64,000 nucleotides of DNA from Sedimentisphaerales bacterium (GCA_016928435.1 JAFGKT010000064.1:2753-66752), one strand, 5' to 3'. Numbered from the stretch's first letter, positions 9,547 through 19,527 are shown. Notes: generated by a model not told the origin, from the sequence alone. Numbers and translations: made by a program.

Positions 9547-10176
9547 AACGCTGTTTTTCCTTTCCAACAGTCACATACGTTTACTCTGCTTTACATTACC
9601 CCGGACGGCCTTAAACTGAAGGACATGAGCAATGAAGTAAGGTGTTTTGGATCAGGCATGTTCATGCTGTGGATTTTTTGCTCAAGTCGGTTCAGCCTTC
9701 TGCATTGGCTATCCAGGGAATATCATCGACTGTTTTTAACAGAATCTTGAGAAAAATAAGATTGGTTGAAAGTGGGGTTTCAGGGTTGATATGGTGGTTT
9801 CTGGGGTGGTTATAGGAACTTAATGTCCGGGCCTGAGGGTGTTTGGATAAGGGGGTTGCGACACCTCCTATATTCTCCATGTTGCCTGTATTGCCAGCGA
9901 TTGAGTCCGATAAGTGTTGGATTTGATGGGATTTGGATTTATTGGTTGGTTTTGTGGTTTTTGCGTTATGCTTATCGGTGGTTGGGACGGTGATGTAGGC
10001 GATTGCGTAGTAAGCTGGGGGCGTCTATAATTGATTGTGATATTTCTAAGGATTTTTACACAATTTGAGTGAAACGCGGGCGAAAAGCTCTGAATAGCGG
10101 CCGATTTTTCCGGTTAGATATCGGATTTCTGGGTCTATTTGGATGTTCCGCTGGTGCTATCAAGAGAGAAAGTTTT

Positions 10177-11187
10177 ATGAGCAAGCGTGACTACTATGAG
10201 GTTTTGGGGGTCAGCCGTGACGCCTCGCCGGAGGAGATCAAGAAGAGCTATAGGAAGTTGGCACGGAAGTATCATCCGGATGTAGCAGGGAAAGATCCCA
10301 AGGCGGCGGCTCAATTCAAGGAAGTTAAGGACGCGTATGATGTGTTGAAGGACAAGAAGTCGCGTGCTTCTTATGATCGGTTCGGCCATGCAGCGGAGCA
10401 TATGGGGGGTTGGTCCGGCGGCGGCGGAGAAGGAGGAGGCGGTTTTGGTGGTCAAGGTTTCGATTTTTCGGATATTTTTGGCGGCATGAGGGGTGGTCGC
10501 GGCGGTCGGCGGAGTAATGTCAAGATTAACCTGGGCGATTTGTTTGGCGGCATGGGCGGCGGTGGTGATGAAGATGAGGTTTTCGAGCGTTTGCGCGCGC
10601 AAGGCGGCGGGGCTCGAAGGCGTGGTGAAGATCTAGAACATAAAGTGCGCATTGGTTTTGAAGAAGCGATTCATGGTTCTACGCGTGATGTGGTTTTGAC
10701 CATGCCTCAAGCGGACGGCAGTCGTAAGCAAGAACATTTGAGTGTTAAGATTCCAGCGGGAGTGGATACCGGGAGCAAGATTCGGGTTCGGGGCAAGGGT
10801 CAGCCGGGTATGGGCGGAGACAATGGTGATTTGATCATCAAGGTTGTGGTAGGTGAGCATCCGTATTTTAGGCGGGACGGAGATCGGATAGATTTGGATG
10901 TTCCGGTGACTTTAGCGGAAGCGACGCTGGGCGCTAAGGTGGACGTTCCGACATTGACGGGGATGACGACGGTTACGATACCGCCTGGCAGCAGCGGCGG
11001 AAGCAAATTGCGGTTGAAGGGCAAAGGTGTGAAAGACAACAAGACGGGCAAGACGGGTGATATGTATTTGACGTTGAAGGTGGTATTACCACGAGATTTG
11101 GATGCTGAGTCGCGGAAGTTGGTGAAGCAATTTACGGATTTGAATCCTCAGCCGGACGTGCGTGATGGTTGGAAGCGTTCACAGTAA
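10177..11187 (+). CDS. DnaJ-class co-chaperone lacking the zinc finger (CbpA-like)
   Basis: J domain with HPD (RKYHPDVAG), Gly-rich linker and two C-terminal beta domains, but no CxxCxGxG repeats. ATG at 10177 gives [12 protein letters not shown]. The last four codons and the stop lie inside repeat copy A. Confidence 0.85.
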   Translation: MSKRDYYEVLGVSRDASPEEIKKSYRKLARKYHPDVAGKDPKAAAQFKEVKDAYDVLKDKKSRASYDRFGHAAEHMGGWSGGGGEGGGGFGGQGFDFSDIFGGMRGGRGGRRSNVKINLGDLFGGMGGGGDEDEVFERLRAQGGGARRRGEDLEHKVRIGFEEAIHGSTRDVVLTMPQADGSRKQEHLSVKIPAGVDTGSKIRVRGKGQPGMGGDNGDLIIKVVVGEHPYFRRDGDRIDLDVPVTLAEATLGAKVDVPTLTGMTTVTIPPGSSGGSKLRLKGKGVKDNKTGKTGDMYLTLKVVLPRDLDAESRKLVKQFTDLNPQPDVRDGWKRSQ

Positions 11188-11422
11188 AGAGAACCACTAA
11201 TTGACACGAATAGTCACGAATATAGCTGCCATGGGCAGGGAGAAAGCACGAGGCAATAGTCTTGGGTGCAGTGTAGGCGAAAAGGTCAGGGATGTTTAAC
11301 ATCGCGAAAAGACGCGAAACATACGAAAGATAAGCACGAATTGATACGAATGGGCACGAATAAAGCAGCAGGTTGTGAGCGGCTATTGGTATTGATGTAG
11401 GTGCGAGAGCGTGAACGGTTAC
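11173..11422. mobile_element. MITE-like repeat, copy A (no intact target-site duplication seen)
   Basis: Aligns with 16975-17225 and 29075-29300. Left end AAGCGTTCACAG, right end GTGAACGGTTAC (inverted CGTTCAC/GTGAACG). Subterminal CACGAAT/CACTAAT heptamers. Confidence 0.6.
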
Positions 11423-11920
11423 GGAGTTAATTTTCAGGTTAGTTTTGGTATTGATTGTATAAGGGGTTTATTGTTGCGTTGGTGGCTATTGGTGATATTG
11501 CTGTTGGGGATAGCGGGGTGGGCGGCGGCGGATGGCCAGGTAGAAACTGGGGACACACAATCAGTAGTGGAGACCTACGGGTCGGCGGAAATAGAGAGGG
11601 TGGAGGGTTTTGAATTGGGAGGCGAAGTTGTCGCTGACGCATGCACGGTGTTGGATGAAGGTTCGCAGGTTGACGAAGACGCATCGATGGAGGAGAAGCG
11701 AGGGCGGTATAAACTGGCGTTGATGGTAATGCTGTTTGGGATCGCTGGATTGTTTTTGATGTTTTTTCTGGTTACGCTGTTACGGATAAGCAGGTTTCAC
11801 AGGCGGCGTTTGGGTTTGGGGGCTAAGCGAGAGAAGACGCAGTATATTGATGCTTGGAGCAAATATCGCATAAAAGATGGTATGTTGGATGACGACAAGG
11901 GGGAAGATGATGACGGATGA
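11411..11920 (+). CDS. Hypothetical membrane protein (start uncertain)
   Basis: N-terminal hydrophobic LLRWWLLVILLLGIAGWAAA, second TM LALMVMLFGIAGLFLMFFLV, acidic tail. The track GTG start lies inside the repeat terminus, so the real start is probably downstream. The 3' end overlaps the rnpA start. Confidence 0.4.
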   Translation: MNGYGVNFQVSFGIDCIRGLLLRWWLLVILLLGIAGWAAADGQVETGDTQSVVETYGSAEIERVEGFELGGEVVADACTVLDEGSQVDEDASMEEKRGRYKLALMVMLFGIAGLFLMFFLVTLLRISRFHRRRLGLGAKREKTQYIDAWSKYRIKDGMLDDDKGEDDDG

Positions 11921-12290
11921 ACGGCAGCGTTACAGGTTGGGTGCGAAGCAGCGGTTGAAGAAGGGTTGGCAGTTTCGGACGGTATTCGATGACAAGGTGA
12001 GTGTTGCTGACGGTCGGTTGGTGATTTACGGTCGGTTGAACACGGTTGGTTGGTCGCGGGTTGGTTTGAGTGTTGGTCGCAAGTTAGGCGGCGCGGTGGT
12101 TCGGAATCGCTATAAGCGCGCATTGCGTGAGGCGTTTCGTTTGTCGCAGCATGATCTGCCTATGGGGGTGGATTATGTATTGATACCACGAAAGGTGGAT
12201 ATTTGTTCGGTGGAAGATTATAAACGGTCGTTATTGAGTTTGGGCGAACGTTTGGGGTCACTTTTGTCGCGGCGTGAAGCAAGAGGCTGA
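11907..12290 (+). CDS. rnpA: Ribonuclease P protein component
   Basis: RNR motif [15 protein letters not shown], about 125 aa, followed by yidD. ATG 11907/11910 follows AAGGGGG. Confidence 0.85.
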   Translation: MMTDERQRYRLGAKQRLKKGWQFRTVFDDKVSVADGRLVIYGRLNTVGWSRVGLSVGRKLGGAVVRNRYKRALREAFRLSQHDLPMGVDYVLIPRKVDICSVEDYKRSLLSLGERLGSLLSRREARG

Positions 12291-12292
12291 AG

Positions 12293-12505
12293 ATGGTGTG
12301 GCTGTTGCAAAAATTGATACGTTTTTATCAGTTGGCGATATCACCTTGGTTGCCTAATGCTTGTCGTTTCACGCCGAGCTGTAGTGCTTACGCAATGGAG
12401 GCACTGGCGCGACATGGGGTGTTGCGTGGTATGGGGTTGACTTTGTGGCGGATTATGCGTTGTCATCCATGGAGCAAGGGCGGCTATGATCCGGTGCCTG
12501 ACTAA
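12293..12505 (+). CDS. yidD: Membrane protein insertion efficiency factor YidD
   Basis: [15 protein letters not shown] ... [14 protein letters not shown] signature. Confidence 0.93.
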   Translation: MVWLLQKLIRFYQLAISPWLPNACRFTPSCSAYAMEALARHGVLRGMGLTLWRIMRCHPWSKGGYDPVPD

Positions 12506-12659
12506 GCAGGGTTGGTCTGTCGGAGAAGTGTGATCCATCGATTTAGTTGTGTTTTGGGAAAAGACTATTCAAGTGGGTCGGTATCGGTTATACTTCTGTT
12601 TTGCCTGTCGTTTCTTTATCTTTATTTGTTCACCTGTATTGTGACAGCGGGGTACTTCG

Positions 12660-14069
12660 ATGGTAAAACCTGAAAAAGAATTGCGTGATCGTCATGATCT
12701 GCTGGACCAAATAGAGCATTTGATCGAAGCGGAAGACATGGACGCTTTGCGCACGCTGTTGACGAGTTCGCGTAATAGCGATGTCGCTGAGGTTATGGAG
12801 GTTCTGGACGAGGTTGCACGGCAGGTTTTGTTTGATGTTTTGGATCCGGAGGAAGCGGGGGATATTCTGGACCGAGTAAACGAAGCGACCCGAAGCGCGG
12901 TAGTTGAGGATTTGAGCAGTGAGGAACTAACGGGGATTTTGGCGACGCTGCCTCCGGATGAAGCTGCGGACGTTATAGGTGAGCTGAGCGAGGAACAAAG
13001 CGAAGAAGTTCTTGATAGTATTCAGCGGGCGGGTTTGGACGAAGTCGCGAAGCTGCTGTTGTATGAAGAAGACACGGCCGGCGGTATCATGACGACGCAG
13101 ATGGTGGCTGTGAAGGAGACTGATACAGTTGCCGACGCCATTACGCAGATACGTGAATCAAATCCGAAAGATGAGTTTTATGTGGTATTTGTGGTTGATG
13201 ATAAAGGCATTCTAAAAGGGACACTGGGGATTCATGAGTTACTGCGTCAAGGCCCGAATACAGTGGTGTCTAAGGTGATGGAAGCTGATCCATTCCAGGT
13301 AAAAGTGGATGCGGACCAAGAAGAGATCGCGAATTTATTCCGCAAGAATGATTTGTTGGTTGTGGGTGTGGTGAACACCGATGGGGTATTGGTTGGGCGG
13401 ATTACGGTTGATGATGTTGTTGACGTAATGGAAGAGGAAGCGGAAGAAGACGCGTTGGTGATGGCTGGGACTCACCCCGCGGAATTGGAGACTCGCGGTT
13501 TGTTTCGGGCGGCACGTGTGCGTTTACCTTGGCTGTTGACTTGTATGGTGGGTTCGATGTTTTCGGGTGTGGTTTTGATTTCGTTGTTCCAGTCGAACTT
13601 TCAGCCGGCCCAGTGGTTCAGTATCTTCATGTTTTTTCCGGCAATAGTAGCGATGGGTGGAAACAGCGGGTTACAGACCTCGACCATTGTAGTTCGCGGT
13701 TTAGCGACTGGGGATTTGGTTCGGATATCGTTTGGTCAGGTTTTTATGCGTGAAAGCCGGATCGCGTTGATCGTTGCCTGCGTTTGCGGCTTGATGGCAG
13801 GTTTGGTTTCGGGGATTAGCCTGCATTTTTGGCCGCCGATGAATTTTTCGATAGCTGAGGCACCGGTTTTGGGGCTGTCGATAGCGTCGGCGATGTTCTT
13901 AGGGATTATGCTGTCGACGACCTTGGGGTTTATACTGCCTTTTCTTTTTCGGCGGATCGGGATTGACCCTGCGGTAAGCAGCGGTCCTTTGGTCACGACA
14001 ATGAACGACGCTTTGGGATGTCTGGTATATTTGAGTTTATCTTGGTTTTTGTTGAGACTGTTCACATGA
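12660..14069 (+). CDS. mgtE: Magnesium transporter MgtE
   Basis: Acidic MgtE N-domain, tandem CBS region, TM domain with AMGGNSGLQTSTIVVRG. Confidence 0.93.
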   Translation: MVKPEKELRDRHDLLDQIEHLIEAEDMDALRTLLTSSRNSDVAEVMEVLDEVARQVLFDVLDPEEAGDILDRVNEATRSAVVEDLSSEELTGILATLPPDEAADVIGELSEEQSEEVLDSIQRAGLDEVAKLLLYEEDTAGGIMTTQMVAVKETDTVADAITQIRESNPKDEFYVVFVVDDKGILKGTLGIHELLRQGPNTVVSKVMEADPFQVKVDADQEEIANLFRKNDLLVVGVVNTDGVLVGRITVDDVVDVMEEEAEEDALVMAGTHPAELETRGLFRAARVRLPWLLTCMVGSMFSGVVLISLFQSNFQPAQWFSIFMFFPAIVAMGGNSGLQTSTIVVRGLATGDLVRISFGQVFMRESRIALIVACVCGLMAGLVSGISLHFWPPMNFSIAEAPVLGLSIASAMFLGIMLSTTLGFILPFLFRRIGIDPAVSSGPLVTTMNDALGCLVYLSLSWFLLRLFT

Positions 14070-14215
14070 TGTGGGGCGGGGGTGGCATGTGTGCGTAACA
14101 GCTTGTTAATGCTTGGTTTAGGTTTCAATTCCGAATAAGGTTAAGCTGATTGAGATGGTTTTGCGATAGAATTTGTGGTTCATGAATATTTAACAAAAGA
14201 TTGTGAGAAAAGGGT

Positions 14216-14243
14216 TTGACAGTTTTTGGTCGGCTGTTATACT
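14216..14243 (+). promoter_or_regulatory. Candidate sigma-70 type promoter for rplM-rpsI
   Basis: TTGACA (14216-14221), 16-nt spacer, TATACT (14238-14243), about 100 nt upstream of the rplM ATG. Confidence 0.4.
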
Positions 14244-14343
14244 GTATGGCTTGCAACTAGGGGCGGGGCTAAGGTTGCGCGGTTGGGTTGGCGTTGATGT
14301 CAACCCGGAAGAATATAGTTAAATAGGTTGAAAGAATAAGAAG

Positions 14344-14790
14344 ATGCAGGCTCGACATCAGAAGACAACTCTGGCCCAAAACGATGTGGATAATAAGCAA
14401 TGGTATGTTGCGGACGCAGACGGCGCGATTTTAGGCCGTCTGGCTGTCAAGATCGCGATGATCCTGATGGGCAAACATCGTCCGGAATATACTGCTCACG
14501 TTGACACGGGTGATTTTGTAGTAGTTTTGAACGCTGAGAAGGTGAAGGTTACGGGCCGTAAGGCTGAGACCCGCACTTATGATTACTACACGTATCACAT
14601 GGGGGGGCACCGTTCGGTGAGTTATAATGATATGCTGAAGAACAAGCCGGAGAAGGTAATCAGCGAAGCGGTTCGGCGTATGCTGCCTAAGACGAAATTG
14701 GGCAGGCAGATGTTGAGCAAGCTGAAGGTTTACCGTGGTGGTGAGCATCCCCATTCGGCTCAGCAACCTACGGCTTTGGAGTTGAATTAG
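14344..14790 (+). CDS. rplM: 50S ribosomal protein L13
   Basis: KQWYVADADGAILGRLA ... KLKVYRGGEHPH, conserved L13 sequence. Confidence 0.97.
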   Translation: MQARHQKTTLAQNDVDNKQWYVADADGAILGRLAVKIAMILMGKHRPEYTAHVDTGDFVVVLNAEKVKVTGRKAETRTYDYYTYHMGGHRSVSYNDMLKNKPEKVISEAVRRMLPKTKLGRQMLSKLKVYRGGEHPHSAQQPTALELN

Positions 14791-14857
14791 TAAATTTAGT
14801 TTTTTTCGATATTGGTAATATAAGGCATTTTGCCAGTGTAGTTTTGAGGAATAAGCA

Positions 14858-15385
14858 GTGGTAGAACAGCAAAACGAAGGCGTACCGTTGATTGATCCTA
14901 GTATTGTTGGTTCGGTTGAGCCGACAGGTGGTTCAGTCAGTGAAGGCAGTTTGGACAATCAAAGGCGTCAGCAGCCGACCGCGGCGCAATTGAAGCCGGG
15001 ACAATATTGCTGGGGTACCGGCCGTAGGAAGTGTTCGATTGCTCGGGTTCGGGTTCGTCCGGGCGAAGGCAACATTGTTATAAACGGCAAGGCTATGGAA
15101 GCGTATTTTCCGACGGTCGCCACGCAAAACGCGGTTAAAGCTCCATTGGAAGTCACTGATTGTGCCGGTCGTTTTGACGTATTTGTGAATGTAACGGGCG
15201 GCGGTCCTACGGGGCAGTCCGGTGCGGTATTATTGGGATTGGCGCGAGCTTTGGCTGCGGCTGATCCGGATACTTTCGCGTCCTTGCGTGACGCGGGCTA
15301 TCTGACTCGTGACTCACGTATGGTAGAACGCAAGAAATACGGTCAGAAGGGCGCTCGCAAGCGTTTCCAGTTCTCGAAGCGTTAA
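14858..15385 (+). CDS. rpsI: 30S ribosomal protein S9 (with N-terminal extension)
   Basis: C-terminal [19 protein letters not shown] ... [25 protein letters not shown]. About 45 aa of extra N-terminus; GTG start. Confidence 0.95.
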   Translation: MVEQQNEGVPLIDPSIVGSVEPTGGSVSEGSLDNQRRQQPTAAQLKPGQYCWGTGRRKCSIARVRVRPGEGNIVINGKAMEAYFPTVATQNAVKAPLEVTDCAGRFDVFVNVTGGGPTGQSGAVLLGLARALAAADPDTFASLRDAGYLTRDSRMVERKKYGQKGARKRFQFSKR

Positions 15386-15415
15386 TTTACCAGTTTTATG
15401 CTGGATGCGATATAC

Positions 15416-15452
15416 GGGCTGCTGTTTCGTTTGGAACGGCAGCCTTTTTTTT
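15416..15452 (+). terminator. Rho-independent terminator of rplM-rpsI
   Basis: Stem GGCTGC (15417-15422) / GCAGCC (15439-15444) followed by T8 (15445-15452). Confidence 0.75.
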
Positions 15453-15552
15453 GGGTGGATTTTGGCTGAGCGGTTGGTGGTTGACAGTTTTTGTGGTAGG
15501 ATACGATTGGCTTTTGGCTCAGGGAAAAGTCTAGTGATAGGGATTGTCGCGC

Positions 15553-16965
15553 ATGCATACGCTATTTTTATGTTGGCGATACTTACGGAAGCGTCGGATA
15601 GTTTGGTTTCCGATTGTTGCGGTGATGCTTTGTGTGGCGTTATTGATAGTGGTTACGAGTTTGTTTGACGGTTTTGTGGCGAAGTATTTGGAGTCTCAAC
15701 AGCGATTTTTTGGGGAGATCACTCTGACGCCGCCACGTGCGATGACGGGTTATGTGGACTTGGCGGACCGTTTGAGTGCATTGCCGGAGGTAGCGGTAGC
15801 CACACCGGTGGCGCGTACGGGTGGGTTGTTGTATTTAGGTCGAGGTGATGTTCGTGGGGTACAGCTTTTAGGGATTGATTTGGCGGCGCGCTGTCAGGAT
15901 GAAGAATTCGCGGCGGGTTTGGTCTTGCAGAAAGACGCATCGGAGCCGAGTTTTGCGCTGCCTGAGGCGGTGCGGGAGCGTGCGCGATCTTGGCTGGAAC
16001 GCAAGTTGCGGCGTGAAGTTGCGGATGATGACTTACCTACGGGTGCGATCTTGGGCATTGGGGTTTTGGTTGAGCCGGACGATTTGACGGATGCGTATGA
16101 TGTTGAGGAGATTCGTGATTTGCTGGCGGATCGTTCGACGGGTATGAGTATAACCGCTGGTCGGATAGTCGATGGTGCAGACGGTCGCAGCGCGGTTCGC
16201 CGGACGGGTGTATGTTGGCCGGTGGATGTGGTGGAAACAGGATTAGATGAAGCTGACACAAGTCATGTATATTTACCCTTTGACTACGTGGCGGATTTAA
16301 TAGGGACAAGTGAATGGGGAAAGCCATCCTGTATTGCTCAGATACATATAACCTTAGCGGAGGGTTATTCTCGGGGTGAGGTAATACAAAAGGTTCGCGC
16401 GGCATGGCAGATTTTTGCGCGAGAAAACTTGGGTTGGGATACAATTTGGGCGAATATGGTGGTGATAGAATCACAGGATGAGAGCCGTTGGGCGAAATTG
16501 TTAACGTATGAAATCCAGAAGCAATTAAGAGTTATGCAAATGATTTTGGGTTTGATTTGTTTAGTTGTTATTGTGTTGGTGTTTGTGGTGCTGTTTATGA
16601 TAGTTTTGCAGCGGCGGCGTGATATAGGGATTGTGCGCAGTGTTGGTTCATCGCGTTGGGGAGTGGCGATGGTTTTTATCGGTTATGGCGGCGCGATAGG
16701 TTTGGTTGGCGCGGTTTTGGGATTGATCTTAGGAGCATGGGCAACTAAGAATATTACGATGTTAGAAGGTGTATTGACACGCATTTTGGGTTTCAAGGTT
16801 TGGCGCAGCGGTGTTTATATGCTCCGTGAGATACCGAATGAAATATCCTGGGGTGCGGTATGGTGGATTATGTTGGCGGGTGTTTTGGCGGCGGTGGTTG
16901 GCGCGTTACTGCCGGCGGTGAAAGCGGCACGGATGCAGCCGGCTTCGGCTTTGCGTTACGAATAA
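15553..16965 (+). CDS. ABC transporter permease, FtsX/MacB (LolC/E-like) family
   Basis: N-terminal LCWRYLRKRR TM1, large periplasmic loop, C-terminal 3-TM FtsX domain ending AARMQPASALRYE. ATG at 15553 (track TTG 15544). Confidence 0.85.
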   Translation: MHTLFLCWRYLRKRRIVWFPIVAVMLCVALLIVVTSLFDGFVAKYLESQQRFFGEITLTPPRAMTGYVDLADRLSALPEVAVATPVARTGGLLYLGRGDVRGVQLLGIDLAARCQDEEFAAGLVLQKDASEPSFALPEAVRERARSWLERKLRREVADDDLPTGAILGIGVLVEPDDLTDAYDVEEIRDLLADRSTGMSITAGRIVDGADGRSAVRRTGVCWPVDVVETGLDEADTSHVYLPFDYVADLIGTSEWGKPSCIAQIHITLAEGYSRGEVIQKVRAAWQIFARENLGWDTIWANMVVIESQDESRWAKLLTYEIQKQLRVMQMILGLICLVVIVLVFVVLFMIVLQRRRDIGIVRSVGSSRWGVAMVFIGYGGAIGLVGAVLGLILGAWATKNITMLEGVLTRILGFKVWRSGVYMLREIPNEISWGAVWWIMLAGVLAAVVGALLPAVKAARMQPASALRYE

Positions 16966-16974
16966 TGTGTTATG

Positions 16975-17225
16975 GTAACCGTTCACTGTAAAATGAACCA
17001 CGAATAGACACTACTATTCACTAATTAAGATTTAGCTGCCAGGGGCGAAAGCGAAGGAATAGTTGGTTAGTTGGGAGTATAATTGGAAAAGAAGGTCAGG
17101 AAATTATAAGTTGCGGATGACACGGATGATTGCGGATTCTTTTGTTTGGGATCGTAAATTTACGAATGGACACGAATAAATAGATTGAGTTGGTTGATTT
17201 GTGGGTGCGATCGCATGAACGGTTA
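16975..17225. mobile_element. MITE-like repeat, copy B, flanked by 9-bp direct repeat TGTGTTATG
   Basis: TSD at 16966-16974 and 17226-17234. Termini TAACCGTTCA / TGAACGGTTA are inverted (10/10). Lies between the stop of permease 1 and the ATG of permease 2. Confidence 0.75.
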
Positions 17226-17231
17226 TGTGTT

Positions 17232-18587
17232 ATGTATAAATTATTATTAATCTGGCGATACTTTGTAGCTAAGCGAGTGGCGCTGTTGGCGGTAGCGGCA
17301 GTGGCGCTGGTGGTGATGTTGGTGCTGGTTGTGTTGAGCGTCATGTCGGGGTTGTTGGAGAATACGCGCAGCCGAAATCATCGTTGGACGGGTGATGTGG
17401 TGCTATCGCGGGCGTCGCTGGTTGGTTTTCCTTTTTATGATGAGTTCATTGCTGAGTTGGAGGGGCATGCGGAGGTTGCTAGGGCAACGCCTGTAGTTAA
17501 GACGTATGGATTGATAGAACAGCGTAACACAACGATCGAGTTGTATGGGTTGCGCATGGATGAGTTTTGCAGGGTTACCGGTTTTCGGGAAACTCTGCAT
17601 AGATTCAAGGATCGGCCGTCCGTGAGCTTTATGCTTGAATCGGAATTGTATGTGACGTTAAGCGAAGAAGCTCGAGGGCGGGGTTGCATTGTGGGTCATT
17701 ATATGCTGGATGATGATATAGGAGATTCAGAACGTGAACTGATGGCGCATTATCCGTTGGGTTGGAACATGACGGTTTTTGGTTTAAGCAGTCAAGGAGT
17801 GCTGTTAGGTTCGGATATGGGTTCGAGTCAGCGGTTTTGGTATGTTGATGATTCGGACAGTGGTTTGCCTCGCGTGGACGGGGTGGCGGTGTATGTGGAC
17901 TTTGATGAATTGCAGCAGTTATGTTTTATGAATGGTGTGGATGGTGAGCCGGCGCGGGCGAATGAGATTCGGGTGTGTTTGGCGGATGGGGTGGACGCGG
18001 TTGAAGGGGAAGCAGTGGTGCAAAGGGTGTGGGGAGATTTTGTGGTGGGCAAGCGCGAATTGGGGCAGGCGCGTTTGTTGGAAGATGTAAGAGTGCAAAG
18101 TTGGCAAGAGTTTCGGCGCAGTTACATAGCGCCAGCGGAAAAAGAGCGGAATTTGATGGTGGTGGTGTTTTGTATGATCGGGGTGGTGGCGGTGTTTGTG
18201 GTGTTCGCGATATTTTACATGATTGTGATGGAAAAGGTGAAAGATTTGGGGGTGATCAAAAGCGTGGGTGCTTCGGGTTGGAGTTTGGGACAGGTGTTTT
18301 TAGGCTATGGAATATTGGTTGGGTTAGTTGGAGCGTTGATTGGTTCGAGCTTTGGAGTGTTGATTGTACGGAACAGCAATGAAATCGAAGCGGTTTTGCA
18401 TCGGTGGTTTGGGTTTCAATTATGGAACCCAGCAGTGTACGCGATTGATAAGATACCGGATGTAGTATATTACGGTCAGGCATTGGTGATAGGATTAGCG
18501 GCGATTGGGGCGTCGGTTTTGGGAGCGATAATACCGGCTTGGCGAGCAGCGCGTTTGGAAGTGGTGGAGTCGCTACGAGTAGAATAA
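17232..18587 (+). CDS. ABC transporter permease, FtsX/MacB (LolC/E-like) family
   Basis: MYKLLLIWRYFVAKR TM1, periplasmic loop, FtsX C-terminal domain ending AARLEVVESLRVE. ATG at 17232; the track start 17190 lies inside the repeat. Confidence 0.85.
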   Translation: MYKLLLIWRYFVAKRVALLAVAAVALVVMLVLVVLSVMSGLLENTRSRNHRWTGDVVLSRASLVGFPFYDEFIAELEGHAEVARATPVVKTYGLIEQRNTTIELYGLRMDEFCRVTGFRETLHRFKDRPSVSFMLESELYVTLSEEARGRGCIVGHYMLDDDIGDSERELMAHYPLGWNMTVFGLSSQGVLLGSDMGSSQRFWYVDDSDSGLPRVDGVAVYVDFDELQQLCFMNGVDGEPARANEIRVCLADGVDAVEGEAVVQRVWGDFVVGKRELGQARLLEDVRVQSWQEFRRSYIAPAEKERNLMVVVFCMIGVVAVFVVFAIFYMIVMEKVKDLGVIKSVGASGWSLGQVFLGYGILVGLVGALIGSSFGVLIVRNSNEIEAVLHRWFGFQLWNPAVYAIDKIPDVVYYGQALVIGLAAIGASVLGAIIPAWRAARLEVVESLRVE

Positions 18588-18753
18588 GGTGCGAACCGCA
18601 CTGGTAGATTGACCGACGAGACTCGGTTTGGTGATGACGCTTCCGCTGGGCGCTGCCATATTGAGTATCTAGGTTTTGGTACGCGGTTCTATACAAGGTG
18701 CGAACCGCCCTGATAATGAGCATGAAAAAACCTTAAATTGACGGCGAGGTTGT

Positions 18754-19452
18754 ATGTCAGACAAAAGTGATATAATTATCAAAGCGCAAGGCATTCACAA
18801 AAGCTATACGTTGGACAAACGTAAGCAGGTGGTTTTGCATGGTGTGGATTTGGAAGTTGGGCGGGGTGAGTTTTTGGCGGTAATGGGCAGCAGCGGCAGT
18901 GGTAAGAGTACGCTTTTGCACATATTGGGGTTGCTGGATAAGCCGGACCAGGGGCGGGTGGATTTTGAAGATCGATCGGTTTTTGATTTGAGCGGTTTTC
19001 GGCAGGATCGGATACGCAATAGGGAGATTGGTTTTGTCTTTCAGTTTTATCATTTGCTGCCTGAGTTGAATGTGTTGGAGAATGTGTTGTTGCCGATGAT
19101 GGTTCGGTCGTCGTTGCTATCGTGGTTTGGCACGAGACGACAGGCGAAGCGGCGGGCTCGGGAATTGGTTGAGGAGGTAGGTTTGGGGTCGCAGACAAAG
19201 CAGCGTCCGGCGACTTTGAGCGGGGGTGAGCGTCAGCGGGTGGCGTTGGCTCGGGCGCTGATGGCGGACCCGAAATTATTATTAGCGGATGAGCCGACAG
19301 GAAATCTTGACTCTGCGTCAGGAAAAGCTATTCTAGAGTTATTAGGCCGACGGAACAAGGCCGGCCAGACGATAGTCATGGTGACGCACGACCATTCGGT
19401 TGCGGCTTTGGCTGAGCGAAAACTGGTTCTCCAGGATGGGGTTTTGAGCTAA
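18754..19452 (+). CDS. ABC transporter ATP-binding protein (LolD/MacB-type)
   Basis: Walker A GSSGSGKST, signature LSGGERQR, Walker B LLLADEPTGNLD. Confidence 0.92.
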   Translation: MSDKSDIIIKAQGIHKSYTLDKRKQVVLHGVDLEVGRGEFLAVMGSSGSGKSTLLHILGLLDKPDQGRVDFEDRSVFDLSGFRQDRIRNREIGFVFQFYHLLPELNVLENVLLPMMVRSSLLSWFGTRRQAKRRARELVEEVGLGSQTKQRPATLSGGERQRVALARALMADPKLLLADEPTGNLDSASGKAILELLGRRNKAGQTIVMVTHDHSVAALAERKLVLQDGVLS

Positions 19453-19527
19453 AAACACAGAAAATGTTGTTTCTGTGGCCGAATGTTGGAATTTAGGAAA
19501 TATAGGCATTATAGAAAAGGTTATCGT

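Noticed and set aside
12506-12659. Possible Mg2+ (M-box) riboswitch in the 155-nt leader of mgtE.
   Set aside because: I could not recognise conserved M-box sequence blocks or a terminator. Unsupported without a covariance-model scan.
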